A stretch of 64,000 nucleotides of DNA from an uncultured Solirubrobacterales bacterium. GTDB taxonomy: Bacteria > Actinomycetota > Thermoleophilia > Solirubrobacterales > JBBDJG01. This document shows positions 30,670 through 41,549 of this stretch, piece by piece. The position numbers and the translations under genes are program-made. The DNA lies in assembly GCA_963731895.1 (NCBI GenBank), contig CAVSXO010000025.1, forward strand, positions 11,777-75,776. The letters are read 5' to 3'. The notes below the pieces were generated by a model that did not search any database, was not told the DNA's origin, and worked only from the letters and a program-made list of their open reading frames with translations. The number at the start of each line of letters is the position of its first letter. The stretch's first letter is position 1.

Positions 30670-30812
30670 GTGGTTCCTTTCGTGGCAGCCTCCGGTTGGC
30701 TGCTGCTAGCGAGTTTTCTCTCCCGGAATGAGCTAGCGGCGAATGCTAGCAGCGGCTTGGCGTTCGGCCGAAGGGCCGAGCAGGGTCCGAGAAGGACCCG
30801 CGAGCCGCCCTT

Positions 30813-31082
30813 TCAGCGGCGGAGGCCCAGCTCCTGCACGATCGAGCGGTAGCGCTCCACATCGTGCCGGTTGAGGTAGTTGAGCAGCCGCCTGCGCTGC
30901 CCGACGAGCATCAGCAGACCGCGCCGGGAGTGGTGGTCCTTGCGGTGGGCGCGCAGGTGCTCGGTGAGGTCGTTGATGCGAGCCGTCAGCAGAGCGACCT
31001 GCACCTCGGGCGACCCGGTGTCGCCCTCGTGCGAGGCGAACTTGCCGATTACCTCGGTCTTCTTCTCCTTGGTCAGGCTCAA
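30813..31082 (-). CDS. rpsO: 30S ribosomal protein S15
   Basis: (TTG)[88 protein letters not shown]. The TTG at 31082 is taken as the start. The ORF runs on upstream into ribF with no stop. Confidence 0.85.
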   Translation of the reverse strand: MSLTKEKKTEVIGKFASHEGDTGSPEVQVALLTARINDLTEHLRAHRKDHHSRRGLLMLVGQRRRLLNYLNRHDVERYRSIVQELGLRR

Positions 31083-32024
31083 GAGCCGGGAAACGGTAGC
31101 AGCCTTCGACGCGATGGCGCCGGCCTGCTCGACGTCCTTCTGCATCTGCTCGACGAGCTCGTCGGCGGAGTCGAACCGCACCTCGTCGCGCAGCCGCTCC
31201 AGGAAGGCCAGGCTGAGGGTCCGCCCGTACAGGTCGCCGTCGAAGCCGATCAGGTGTGCCTCGACCAGCAGCTCTCCCTCGTTATCGAAGGTGGGCCGCA
31301 CCCCGATGTTCACGGCGGCGGCCGTCGGCCGTATGCCGTCGGCCGTCGCAATCGCTGCGTAGACCCCGTTGGCGGGGAGGATCACGTCGGTGGGCGGCTC
31401 GACGTTTGCGGTGGGCATGTTCAGCTCTCGCCCGCGGCGGTCCCCTTCCACGACGGGCCCGGCGACGCTGTGGGGAGCGCCGAGCAGCTCGGCGGCGCCC
31501 GCCACGTCGCCCTCCGCCAGCAGGGTCCTGATCCTGCTCGACGAGATCGATTCGCCGCCGTGCTCGACCAGCTCCACCACCTCGGTCTCGAACTCAGGCC
31601 GGGAGCGGAGCAGGGCCGCATCGCCCGCGGCGCCATGGCCGAAGTGGAAGTTCGCGCCGACGCTCACCGACCGCGCGCCCAGAGCGGCGACCAGCACCTG
31701 GTCGCAGAAGTCCTCCGCCGACTGGCGCGACAGCTCGGGGGTGAACGGGATCGCCACCAGCTCGTCCATGCCGAGCTCGTCGACAAGCGCGATCTTCTGG
31801 TCGGTGGTGGTCAGGAGCCGCGGCGGCTGCTCGGGGCGCAGGACCCGAAGCGGGTGAGGGTCGAACGTCGCCACCGTGGCCGATAGTCCGCGCTCACGGG
31901 CGCGCTCCAGTGCCGAGGCGATCACCTTCCGATGGCCGAGATGGACCCCGTCGAAGGTGCCGAGCGCGACCGCGCGGCCGGAGGGCGCGGCGGGCACATC
32001 AGCCAGTGATCTGTAGATACGCAT
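31083..32024 (-). CDS. ribF: bifunctional riboflavin kinase / FAD synthetase (no in-frame stop before rpsO; probable hidden indel near the 3' end)
   Basis: [18 protein letters not shown]...ATFDPHP...[14 protein letters not shown]...SSSRIR...[15 protein letters not shown]...GVYAA...NIGVRPTF...[15 protein letters not shown] neighbouring frame ends in TGA inside cTTGAgc, which would overlap the rpsO start. Confidence 0.8.
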
Positions 32025-32069
32025 CGTTGGATCAGGGGAAGACCGACGGAGTTTCGCCCGGAAGTGTCC

Positions 32070-32853
32070 CTAATCGGGCGCGCCGGGGATGGTGCCCTCG
32101 CGCTGCACGCTCGGCCGGCGGATGAACCGCCGGCAGCTCACGCTGCGGCGGCGCGAGATGGATTGCCCGCCCTCGAAGGCGTAATCGGCCCCGAATGACA
32201 CCTTCCGGGAGGCGGAGGGGCACTTCGGCACCTTTGTCCAGAACAGCGGGCCGCGCCCGCGGCGGCGTATCTCCAGACCATCGATCGTGAGGTGCATCTC
32301 CGCCAGGTGCAGGACGAGGCCCGGGAGCAGCGGCTTGACCCTGGTCGGCAGCTCGAGCCGGTAACCGAAGCGCGGACCCGCCGCGGAGGTGTTGTGGAGA
32401 CTTCCCTCCAGCACCTGGTACGCATACACCGGCGTGAGCTCGTTCGGGATCACGAGCGCGACGACGGAGGCCAGCGCCCCTTCGCGGCCGTGGCCGAGGA
32501 ACAGATGCACGTCGGCCGAGAACGGCTCCAGGATGTGCGGTCGCGCGTCGAGCACGATCCGGCCGGCGGCGAAGTGGCCCGGGCGGCAAAGCAGCGGGTC
32601 GGGCCGAATCTCGAGCGGCGCGGGATTGCAGAGGAAGCGCTGCGCGAGGAACCGGTGCCGCAGCCCCGCTCCGCGTGGGAAGTGCACCGTCGCGGCGGCC
32701 AGCGGCGGCGTCGGGCGCGCCGGTCGTGTCGTACACGCGGGCGTCCATGACGACCGTGTACGCGCCGTAGGAGCGCTTCACGTCCTTCAGACGAGCGTTG
32801 AACTCCCCCACCAGCTCCGCGCTCGCGGGCGGCGCCAACAAGAACAGCAGCAT
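32070..32853 (-). pseudogene. hypothetical protein with hydrophobic N-terminus (one frame change)
   Basis: MLLFLLAPPASAELVGEFNARLKDVKRSYGAYTVVMDARVYD, then ORF 32070..32687. No family recognised. Confidence 0.4.
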
Positions 32854-32923
32854 CGCACGCCCAGCCAGACGGCCACACGGATCCGCACCGGACAATCGTA
32901 TCCGTGCGCTCGTCGCGCTGTCG

Positions 32924-33764
32924 TTAGGCGATGACGGTCTCGGGCCTGCAGCAGGCCGTCGCTGCTCACGCGCGACCGCGACCAGCTCCCCGTCGAGCGT
33001 CAGGCGCACAGGCGCCGTCCGGCCGTCGCCGGCGACCGGAGCGGCCGTGGCGCACCGCGGCGGCCTCGTCGCTGCTCAGCGGCCGCTCCGGCAGGAACTC
33101 GAGCGCACTCGACAGCGGCAGCAACCGCTCCGGGTCGGCATCCGCCAGCTCGAACGGGCCCGACACGCGTCCGCTCGAGCGCGGTGCAGTGTGCCCCGGC
33201 GCCGCACAGCTCGCCCAGGTCCGCCACGAGCTGGCGCACGTAGGTGCCGCTCGAGCACTCCACCTCCAGGTCCGCCTGCTGGGATGCCTCGTCGAAGCCG
33301 ATCAGATCCAGCCGGTCGATCCGCACGGTGCGCTCGGGAAGCTCCACCTCCTCGCCGGCGCGCGCGCGCTTGTACAGCCGCACCCCATCCACCTTCACCG
33401 CCGAGTAGGCGGGCACGCGCTGCTCGGATCTCGCCCGTCAGCGGCCCAGGCGCCTGCCGGACCGCGTCCTCGTCGGTCCGGCTCGCCGGTGACGGACAGC
33501 TCGCCGGTCGGATCGCCGGTGGTCGGACGTCACGCCGAACTCCGCACGCGACCCGATAGGCCTTCGGCAGACCGACCAGGTAGCGCTGCAGCCGGGTCGC
33601 CTGCCCCACCAGCACCAGCATCAACCCCGTGGCGAACGGGATCCAGCGTGCCGGCGTGCCCGACCTTCGTCTTCCTGGGAAGGGCGCGCCTGACCTGGTC
33701 GACCAGGTCATGTGACGTGATCCCTGGCGGTTTCGGCGAGCAGCAGCACGCCATCCGCGGCCAT
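32924..33764 (-). pseudogene. truB: tRNA pseudouridine(55) synthase (many frame changes)
   Basis: [10 protein letters not shown], then [32 protein letters not shown], then [27 protein letters not shown], then YSAVKVDGVRLYKRARAGEEVELPERTVRIDRLDLI...SSGTYVRQLVADLG. The tail is inferred as ...PETVIA* (TAA 32924-32926). Confidence 0.8.
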
Positions 33765-33766
33765 CG

Positions 33767-34761
33767 CTACCGCTGCGCCTCGATCTCCCGGCGCAGGAAC
33801 TCGATCAGATCGGGCAGGCTGCGGGTGGTTGAGAATCCGGCGGCCTGGCGATGCCCGCCGCCGCCCTCCTTGCGCGCGATCACGCTCACGTCGACCGCAT
33901 CGGCCGACGCACGCAGGCTGACCTTCATCACGCCCTCGCGGCCTTCCTTCAGCTGCTCGCGCACGAGCGCCGCCACGACGGTGCCCTGCGAGGGCGCGCA
34001 TGTGGTCGACGAGGCCCTCGGAGTAGTTCTCGTCGGCGCCGGTCTCCTCGTAGTCGCTTCCGCAGGATGTACGACAGCGTCAGTCGCCCGCCGTCGTGAC
34101 GCTCGACCCTGGTCAGCACCCGTGCCAGCAACTGCAGCTTGGCGAACGGGACGTTCTCGTACAGCCGCCGGAATATCGCGTGCACGTCCACCCCGCGCTC
34201 GAGCAGCTCCCCGGCCATCCGATGGGAGTTGGGCGTCGTGTTCTCGTACTGGAACTTGCCGGTGTCGGTGACGAGCCCGATGTACAGGGCCTCGGCGATC
34301 TCGGGCGTGAGATCCACGCCGAGGTCCGGGAGCAGCTCCCAGATGATCTCGGCCGTGCAGGAGGCGCCGTCCACGACCAGGTTCGCGGTCCCGAAGCAGG
34401 TGTTGTCGTGGTGGTGGTCGATGTTCACGATGTGCGCGTCGTCACGGCCCAGGAAGCTCACCGGCATGCGGTCCAGGTTGCCGCAGTCGAGGAACACGAT
34501 CGTGCGCTCCTCGGCATCCTCCGGGAGCGAGTGGCTCACCGACCCGAGCGGCAGGTCGCGGTACTCGTAGGGCAGGGGGAACTCTTCGGCGGACAGGAAC
34601 ATCACGGTGTCCTTGCCGAGCGCCTGGAGCGTCTCGTTCATCGCCACGAGCGAGCCCAGGGCGTCGCCGTCGGGGTTCTCGTGGGTGGTGAGCAGGAACT
34701 TCTCTCCCTCGCGCAGCTCGTGCAGGACCTCTTCGCGAGCGGTTGTCATGTCGATCGTCAC
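33767..34761 (-). pseudogene. nrnA: DHH/DHHA1 phosphoesterase, NrnA-like (frame changes near the C-terminus)
   Basis: GTG 34761 lies in a GTGA overlap with the rbfA stop. FLLTTHENPDGDALGSLVAM...VNIDHHHDN...IGLVTDTGKFQY. The C-terminus is in another frame (ARKEGGGGHRQAAGF, the DHHA1 GGGH motif). Confidence 0.8.
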
Positions 34762-35105
34762 GTGTCCGGCAGCTCCTCCCGGAGCAGCTCGTTGATCCGG
34801 AGCCCCCGCTCGACGCTGTCGTCGTAGCGGAATTCGAGCTGCGGAGTGCGCTTCAGGCGCAACTCGGTTCCCACGCGGCCCTGCAGGTACCCGTGCGAGG
34901 ACTTCAGGCCCTCGAGGGACTCATTGCGCGCGTGCTCGTCGCCGAGGACGCTCACATACACGTGGGCATGGCGCAGGTCCGGGCTCGTGTCGACCGCCGT
35001 GACGGTCACGAAACCGACTCGCGGGTCCTTCAGGTCGTTTGTGATCGCTGCGCTCAATACCTCGCGTACTGCTTCGTTTACTCGACGCATCCTGTCTTTG
35101 GGCAT
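34758..35105 (-). CDS. rbfA: ribosome-binding factor A
   Basis: MPKDRMRRVNEAVREVLSAAITNDLKDPRVGFVTVTAVDTSPDLRHAHVYVSVLG...LKSSHGYLQGRVGTELRLKRTPQLEFRYDDS. Confidence 0.85.
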   Translation of the reverse strand: MPKDRMRRVNEAVREVLSAAITNDLKDPRVGFVTVTAVDTSPDLRHAHVYVSVLGDEHARNESLEGLKSSHGYLQGRVGTELRLKRTPQLEFRYDDSVERGLRINELLREELPDT

Positions 35106-35216
35106 GGCGGATGGATCAGCCCCCGGTCCCACTCCCACAAAGTTGGCTGAAATCGCAGTCGCCCTTTCGACTATAGCTACGGACTTCGGCACGGCGCGCA
35201 CCATTCCTCGGCATGC

Positions 35217-35797
35217 TCACGGCTGCAGCATCTCGGCCGCCCAGGATGCCGTCCGGTCGACAGCCTCGCGCAGACTGGCCGGCCGGGCGCCACTCAGAGA
35301 CCACTCGCGGAACGCGGACAACAGGATCGCGATCACCAGGAGGCCGCCGAGCCGGTCGCGCTCGTCTGGTGCCGGCTGCCCGCGCCGCGCCGCCAGCTCC
35401 GCGGCGATCGCTTCCGCCCACACCTGGCGCATCTGGAGGCTGCGGGCCGCAGAGTGCCGGGTTGGCTTCGATAACGCGCGCCCGCTCGGCGTTCTTCGGC
35501 GTACCGATCCGCTCGGAGAATTCCACCAGCGCCAAGCGGGCCGCCTCGAACGCGGGCAGCGACCGGTCCTGTGCCGCGAGCTGGGCCCGGAGGGCCGCGA
35601 GATCGGCTCTCGCTGTCGCCGAACACGAGGTCCGCCTTGGCGGGGAAGTAGCGAAAGGCCGTGCGGGCCGAGACACCCGCCATGGCCGCGACATCCTCGA
35701 CCGTGGTGCGGCCATACCCACGGCCCGCGAACAGCTCGAGCGCCGCGCGCTCGAGTCGCGCCCGGGTCTCGCGCTTCTTGTTCTCCCTGACGCCCAT
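35217..35797 (-). pseudogene. TetR/AcrR family transcriptional regulator (two frame changes)
   Basis: GGAGG-5 nt-ATG at 35797. RETRARLERAALELFAGRGYGRTTVEDVAAMAGVSARTAFRYFPAKADLVF (HTH). The remainder lies in two other frames. Confidence 0.75.
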
Positions 35798-35873
35798 GCG
35801 ACCTCCCCGTCGCAGTCTGCTGTCAGGCCGCCGGCGATTTTGACACCGATGACTGCCAGTTGCAGGCCCGAGA

Positions 35874-36197
35874 CTACGCCTCGAGGTCCTGAAAGGACAC
35901 GAGCCGTCGCTCTACGCGCACGCTTTCCGGAAAGCGGGCGTACAGAAAGCGCTCGATCGCGTCGGCGACGTGCTCGACGTCGCCGGCGGTGCGCGATACG
36001 AGCGTGGCGGCGAGCGTCGCACGCTGCCACAGGTCCTGGTCGTCGACCTCCGCGACCGATGCGCCGAACCTGCGGCTCAGCGCCGATCGGACCGACAGCA
36101 GCTCCTTGCGCTTGCCCTTCAGGCTGCCGCTGTCCGGAAAATGAAGATGGATCGTGAGTGCGATCAGGAAGGGCACGGCCAGTGCCCTCAACTTCAT
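35874..36197 (-). CDS. DUF503 (YlxP-like) protein
   Basis: [48 protein letters not shown]... The ATG overlaps the infB stop (ATGA at 36194-36197). This is the conserved position between infB and rbfA. Confidence 0.75.
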   Translation of the reverse strand: MKLRALAVPFLIALTIHLHFPDSGSLKGKRKELLSVRSALSRRFGASVAEVDDQDLWQRATLAATLVSRTAGDVEHVADAIERFLYARFPESVRVERRLVSFQDLEA

Positions 36198-38558
36198 TCC
36201 AGCTCGCGCGCGACCTTGCGGGTCTCGTAGGCCTCCAGGACGTCGCCTTCCTTCACGTCCTGGAAGTTCTCGAGCACGATCCCGCACTCGAAGCCCTCCT
36301 CGACCTCCCTGACGTCGTCCTTGAAGCGCTTCAGCGAGGCGAGCGCGCCGTCGTAGACGATGGTGCCTTCGCGCACGAGCCTGATCTTCGCGTTCCGCGT
36401 GATCTTCCCCTGCACGACGTGGGAGCCGGCGATCGTGCCGATCCGGGAGGCACGGAAGGTCTGCCGCACCTCGGCCATGCCGAGCGACGCCTCGACCTCC
36501 TCGGGCTCGAGCATGCCCTCCATCGCCGCACGCAGCTCCTCCGTCACCTTGTAGATGACCGTGTAGGTGCGGATCTCGACGCCCTCGTGCACCGCAAGCA
36601 GGTTGGCGTCCGGCAGGGGACGCACGTTGAAGCCGATGATGACCGCGCCGGAAGCCTGGGCCAGCATCACGTCGGAGTTGGAGATTCCGCCGACGCCGGT
36701 ATGCAGGACGTTGAGGGCGACCTCGCTGGTCGAAAGCTTCGCGATCTGGTCCTGGAGCGCCTCGAGCGACCCGGCCACGTCGGCCTTGATCACGAGGTTC
36801 AACGACACGGCCTGACCTGCCTCCTGGGCCCTCTCGAACACGTTCTCGAGGCTGACCGGAACACCCATGCGGCGCGCCAGCGCCTCGGTCTTCAGCCGGA
36901 TCGCGCGCTCGTTGGCGAGGTGGCGCGCCTCGCGGTCGTTCGACACCGCCCGCACCGGCTCGCCGGCGTCGGGCAGGCTGTCGAAGCCGAGCACCTCGAC
37001 CGGCTCGCCGGGAGTCGCCTGCTTGAGCCGGTGTCCCAGGAAGTCGTGCATCGCGCGCACGCGGCCCCAGTGAGCGCCGGCCACGAGCGCGTCGCCGGTC
37101 CGCAGGGTTCCGCGCAGGACGACGACGGTCACGGTCGGTCCGCGCCCGGGGTCGAGCCGCGACTCGATCACGGTGCCGCTCGCCGGCGCGTCGTGGTTCG
37201 CCTTCAGCTCCTCGACCTCGGCGACCAGCAGGATCATGTCGAGCAGGTTGTCGAGACCCTCCTTGGTCTTGGCCGACACGTCGCAGAAGATCGTCTCCCC
37301 GCCCCAGTCCTCGGGGGTGAGGCCCAGCCCGGCCAGCTCGCCCCGCACTCGCTCGGGCTGTGCGCCCTCCTTGTCGATCTTGTTGACGGCGATCACCATC
37401 GGCACGTCCGCGGCCTTGGCGTGGTCGATCGCCTCGGTCGTCTGCGGCATCACGCCGTCGTCGGCCGCCACGACGATCACGCCGATGTCGGTCACCTGAG
37501 CGCCACGTGCGCGCATCGCGGTGAAGGCCTCGTGACCCGGGGTGTCGAGGAACGTCACGACCTTGTCCCCATGGTGCACCTGATAGGCGCCGATGTGCTG
37601 GGTGATGCCGCCCGCCTCGCCGGCCGCGACCTCGGTCTCGCGGATAGCGTCGAGCAGCGAAGTCTTGCCGTGGTCGACGTGGCCCATGATCGTGACCACC
37701 GGCGGGCGGAACGTCAGATCCTCGTCCGCATCCTCGAACACGGGCTCCGCGGTCTCGTCCTCGGCCGCGCGGACCACCTCCACCTTCTTGTTCAGTTGTT
37801 CGGCGATCACGCCGATCGCATCGTCGGAGAGCGTCTGGGTGATCGACGCCATCTCCCCGAGCTTCATCAGGGTCTTGATCACATCGGCGACCGGGACACC
37901 GAGGTGCTCCGCGACGTCGCGCACGGTCGCCCCGGAGGGAATCTTGACCGCATCCGGCTCGATGACAGCGGTCGACCGGCCCGACTCGCTCGGCTCCGGG
38001 GGCGGCGCGCCCCGGCCGCGGCTCCGGCGGCGGCGCTGTGGCGGCGGGGGGTGCGGCGCCTGGCGGCGGGAGGCCTGTGAGTCGATCACGACGCGACGCC
38101 TGCGCCCGCCTCCTCCTCCCCCACCCTGGCCACCGGGACGGCCGCCACCAGAGGGGCGCTGCCCGGACGACTGACCGGGCGAGCCGCCGCCCTGCCGTTC
38201 CTGGCTCCTTTCCTGGTTCCGTCCCTGGCCCTGGCTCTGCTGGGAGCCTGACTGACCCTGGGGGCGGGACTGTTGCGGCGGGGCGACTTGGGGCCGCGGG
38301 CTTTGGCTTCTGCGCCTGCTTCGGCTGCGCCTGCTTGGGCTGCGCCTGCTTGGCCGCGCCGTCCGTGGCGGCCGCCGCGGCCTGCGGCTTGCCGTTCCCG
38401 CTTCCGGCGCCGGCGGGCAGCACGCGCGCCACGTCGGCCTCGTCGACGGTCGAGGCGGCGGCCTTGACGTCGACACCGCCGGCACGCAGCGCCTCGAGGA
38501 GGTCCTTGCTCGAGACCCCCTTCTCCTTCGCTATCTCGTAAACACGCTTCTTGGCCAT
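36194..38558 (-). pseudogene. infB: translation initiation factor IF-2 (one frame change in the low-complexity N-terminal region, ~38280)
   Basis: AGGAG-3 nt-ATG at 38558. [28 protein letters not shown]. After the frame change comes a 763-aa intact stretch with [30 protein letters not shown] and the C-terminal domains. Confidence 0.9.
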
Positions 38559-38564
38559 GGGCTC

Positions 38565-40044
38565 CTAGCGGTCCTCGTCGGCGCCCGCCGGAGCGGCCGT
38601 CTCGGCCGCCGGGGTCACGGGCTCCTCGACAGGCGCCTCGTCCTCGGCGACCGGCTCCTCTGCGACTGGCTCCTCTGACCGGCTCCTCTGCGACCGGCTC
38701 CTCTGCGACCGGCGGCTCCTCAGGTGCCGCCTCCGCGACTGGCTCTGGTTCTTGGGTAGCGCCGTTCTCCGCCCCGGGATCCGGCTCCCCACCGATGTGG
38801 TCGCCCTCCTGGGCCTCGAGCGCCTGGTGCGCCGGCAGTCCGCAATACCTCGAGCCCGGCAGTGCCGCGTTGGGGCAGCGCTTGCCGCTGGTCAGCACGG
38901 CGTGACAGCGACCGGAGACTTCCTCCTCCTCCTGGTAGCCGCCCTCGGCCTCCTCCTCGGCAAACTCGCTTTCGGACTTGATGTCCACCCGCCAGCCGGT
39001 GAGCCGCGCGGCGAGGCGGGCGTTCTGCCCCTCCTTGCCGATCGCGAGCGAGAGCTGGTCGTCGGGCACCACGACGGTCGCCTGCTTGGCGTCGTCGTCG
39101 ACGAGCACCTCGCGCACGCGCGCCGGCGACAGCGCCTTGGCCACGAACCGGGCGGGCTCGTCGTTGTGGGGAATGATGTCGATCTTCTCCCCGCGCAGCT
39201 CGGACACGACCATCCGCACCCTGGAGCCGCGGGGACCCACGCAGGCGCCGACCGGATCCACTCCGTCGGCATGTGAGACGACCGCGATCTTCGAGCGGTA
39301 GCCGGGCTCGCGCGCCACGTTCACGATCTCGACGAGACCGTCCGCGACCTCGGGGACCTCGAGCTCGAACAGCTTCTTGATCAGCTCCGGGTTGCGCCGG
39401 GAGACGATGATGCTCGGGCCCTTGGTGCTGGACGACACCTCGGTGATGACCGCCTTCACACGCGCGCCGTGGTCGTAGCGCTCGTTGTCGACCTGCTCGG
39501 ACTTCGGCAGCAGGGCCTCGACCCGCTCGCGCAGCTGCACGAGGGTGTAGCGCGAATCGGACTGCTGGATGATGCCGGTGATCAGCTCACCCACGCGGTC
39601 CTGGTACTCCTCGAACATCATGTCGCGCTCGGCTTCGCGGATCCGCTGGAGGATCACCTGCTTGGCGGTCTGGGCGGCGATCCGCCCGAAGTCGGTCGGC
39701 GTCACGTCGCGGCTCGAGATCTGGTCCTCGTACTCGGCAAGCCTCTCGGGGCCGATCTCGGGCTCCTCGGGCTCACGCATCTCCCCGGTCTCGGGGTCGA
39801 TCGTGCGCTCCTCCTCGATCGCCTCGGCGACCAGCTTCTCCTCCAGCTCGGGCGGCAGGATCAGCTCGAACACGCGGAAGTCCGCCGTCCTGCGATCCAT
39901 GTCGACACGCGCGTACTTGGCCGCGCCGGGCGTCTTCTTGTATGCGGACAGCAGCGCGTCCTCGAGCGCGAGCATGAGCTTCTCAGACGAGATGCCCTTC
40001 TCCTTCTCGAGAGTCTGAACGGCCTCCACTATTTCCTTGCTCAA
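38565..40044 (-). pseudogene. nusA: transcription termination/antitermination factor NusA with atypical Cys-rich and acidic-repeat C-terminal tail (one frame change inside the repeat)
   Basis: TTG 40044 lies in a TTGA overlap with the rimP stop. The N-terminal domain, S1 domain and two KH domains are recognisable (GVDPVGACVGPRGSRV, LAIGKEGQNARLAARLTGW). The tail is GRCHAVLTSGKRCPNAALPGSRYCGLPAH followed by PVAEE repeats. The final frame ends ...AGADEDR* at 38565. Confidence 0.85.
38648..38720 (-). repeat. five tandem 15-bp coding repeats (PVAEE units) in the nusA tail; the third unit is 13 bp
   Basis: Plus-strand units are cgaccggctcctctg, cgactggctcctctg, accggctcctctg, cgaccggctcctctg and cgaccggcggctcct. 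The 2-nt shortfall in unit 3 (38678-38690) produces the nusA frame change. Confidence 0.85.
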
Positions 40045-40517
40045 CTTGTCCTCCTCGAGGCCTCTGGCTGCGAAATCAGATTGGAGCGCCGAATGCGCTC
40101 TTGCGGAATGCGGACCATCCCCCAGTCCGCCGCGAGCGAGACACCCTCGGCGTCGGCGCCCACGAGCTCGCCCTTGAAGTCGCTTCGCCCTTCGATCGCC
40201 TCGTCGGTGCGCACGCGGATGCGGCGCCCGAGGTAGCGCTGGTAATGCTCGAGCTTGGACAGTGGCCGCTCGGGCCCCGGCGAGGACACCTCGACCGTGT
40301 AGTCGGCGAGCAGGTCGCGCAGGTGGTGGGTCACGCGGGCACAGAGCGCCAGGTCGACGCCCGCGGGCCGGTCCAGGAACACGCGCAGCGTCGGCGAGCG
40401 TCGGGAGCCGGCAAGCTCCACCGCCAGCACCTCGACATCAGGCTCAACCGCGGACAGACGCTCCTCGATGCGATCCTGCAGCGAGGCGTCCGGCGTGGGC
40501 CGGAAGGGCGCGGGCAT
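40041..40517 (-). CDS. rimP: ribosome maturation factor RimP
   Basis: MPAPFRPTPDASLQDRIEERLSAVEPDVEVLAVELAGSRRSPTLRVFLDRPAGVDLALCARVTHHLRDLL...VSSPGPERPL. An alternative ATG at 40559 lies immediately after a terminator T-tract and is therefore disfavoured. Confidence 0.8.
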   Translation of the reverse strand: MPAPFRPTPDASLQDRIEERLSAVEPDVEVLAVELAGSRRSPTLRVFLDRPAGVDLALCARVTHHLRDLLADYTVEVSSPGPERPLSKLEHYQRYLGRRIRVRTDEAIEGRSDFKGELVGADAEGVSLAADWGMVRIPQERIRRSNLISQPEASRRTS

Positions 40518-40564
40518 GTCATTGGGACTTGAATCGTGAGGTCGCTTCGTACGTGTCATGTCAC

Positions 40565-40590
40565 AAAAAAAGTGGGCTTGGAGGCCCACT
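40565..40590 (-). terminator. intrinsic terminator downstream of dtd
   Basis: Minus strand: AGTGGGC-CTCCAA-GCCCACT followed by TTTTTTT (7-bp perfect stem, 6-nt loop, T7 tract). Confidence 0.7.
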
Positions 40591-40697
40591 CGAAATGCGG
40601 CCGTAGCCGCGAGTCTCCTGGAGGTAGGGAACGGCCAAGTATAGCGGCACGGCAACGGCAGTTTCGGCTGCTACCACGCACCTGAAACGGGGTCTGC

Positions 40698-41135
40698 TCA
40701 GGCCTCCAGCATGAGTGTCACGGGGCCCTCGTTGGTGAGCTCGACGGCCATCCGGGCTGCGAACCGCCCGGTCTCGACCGGCACCCCGCGCCCCCGTAGA
40801 CGCTCACAGAAAAGGTCATACAGGCGCTCCGCCGCGGCCGGCTCGGCAGCCTCCGTGAAGCTGGGCCGGAGCCCTCGCCGGGTATCGCCGTACAGCGTGA
40901 ACTGACTCACGCACAGGGCCGCCCCGCCGACGTCGAGCAGCGAGCGATCCATCGGCTTCTCCGCGCTCTCGAACACGCGCAGCTTGGAGACCTTGTCCGC
41001 GAGCCTGTCCGCCTCGGCCTCCCCATCGGAGGACCGCACGCCCAGCAGCACCAGAAGCCCGGTGCCTATCTCCCCGACGAGCTCCCCGTCGACCGACACG
41101 GACGCCGAGCTCACCCGCTGGATCAGAGCCCTCAC
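40698..41135 (-). CDS. dtd: D-aminoacyl-tRNA deacylase
   Basis: (GTG)RALIQRVSSASVSVDGELVGEIGTGLLVLLGV...LRVFES...ALCVSQFTLYGDTRRGLRPSF...GRFAARMAVELTNEGPVTL. Confidence 0.9.
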   Translation of the reverse strand: MRALIQRVSSASVSVDGELVGEIGTGLLVLLGVRSSDGEAEADRLADKVSKLRVFESAEKPMDRSLLDVGGAALCVSQFTLYGDTRRGLRPSFTEAAEPAAAERLYDLFCERLRGRGVPVETGRFAARMAVELTNEGPVTLMLEA

Positions 41136-41156
41136 CCCGCCGAGCCGACTGCCGAC

Positions 41157-41549
41157 CTACGCAGCCTTCAACCGATCGCGGTAGCGCCGGTAGTCCTCGC
41201 GGTCCGGGCGCATGCCTGCGGCCAGCGACAGGTGCCTGCTGGCGGCGGGCTTGTCGCCGAGCTTCTCGAATGAGCGGCCGAGGCAGAAGTGGGCATAGTC
41301 GTTGGCGGCATTGCGCTCGACGACGGCCTCGAACTCACCGGCGGCGCGGCGGTAGTGGCCGCTGCGAAAGTAGGCGCGGCCGAGCGCCTCGCGGATGGAC
41401 GTCTTGTCCGGCTCCAGGCGCTTGGCCTTCTCGAGCGGCACTGCGGCCTGGGCCCAGTGGCCCTCTTCGAGCAGCGAGATGCCACGCTGGAACAGCGCGT
41501 AGGCATCCTGCTCGGTGGATTCTGGGGACTGACCTGACTGGTGGCTCAT
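41157..41549 (-). CDS. tetratricopeptide-repeat protein
   Basis: AYALFQRGISLLEEGHWAQAAVPLEKAKRLEPDKTSIREALGRAYFRSGHYRRAAGEFEAVVERNAANDYAHFCLGRSFEKLGD (TPR pattern). The ATG overlaps the coaBC stop (ATGA). Confidence 0.7.
   Translation of the reverse strand: MSHQSGQSPESTEQDAYALFQRGISLLEEGHWAQAAVPLEKAKRLEPDKTSIREALGRAYFRSGHYRRAAGEFEAVVERNAANDYAHFCLGRSFEKLGDKPAASRHLSLAAGMRPDREDYRRYRDRLKAA

Noticed and set aside
30813-32024. A single 403-aa ORF that looks like a RibF-S15 fusion protein
   Set aside because: S15 begins at a TTG (31082). The sequence cTTGAgc provides a TGA in a neighbouring frame exactly at the boundary, which is the usual junction type in this window. One indel in the last codons of ribF explains the read-through better than a real fusion.
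38648-38720. Short tandem repeats considered as a possible CRISPR array or other repeat locus
   Set aside because: The units are 15 bp, contiguous with no spacers. They lie inside nusA and encode a PVAEE acidic tail.
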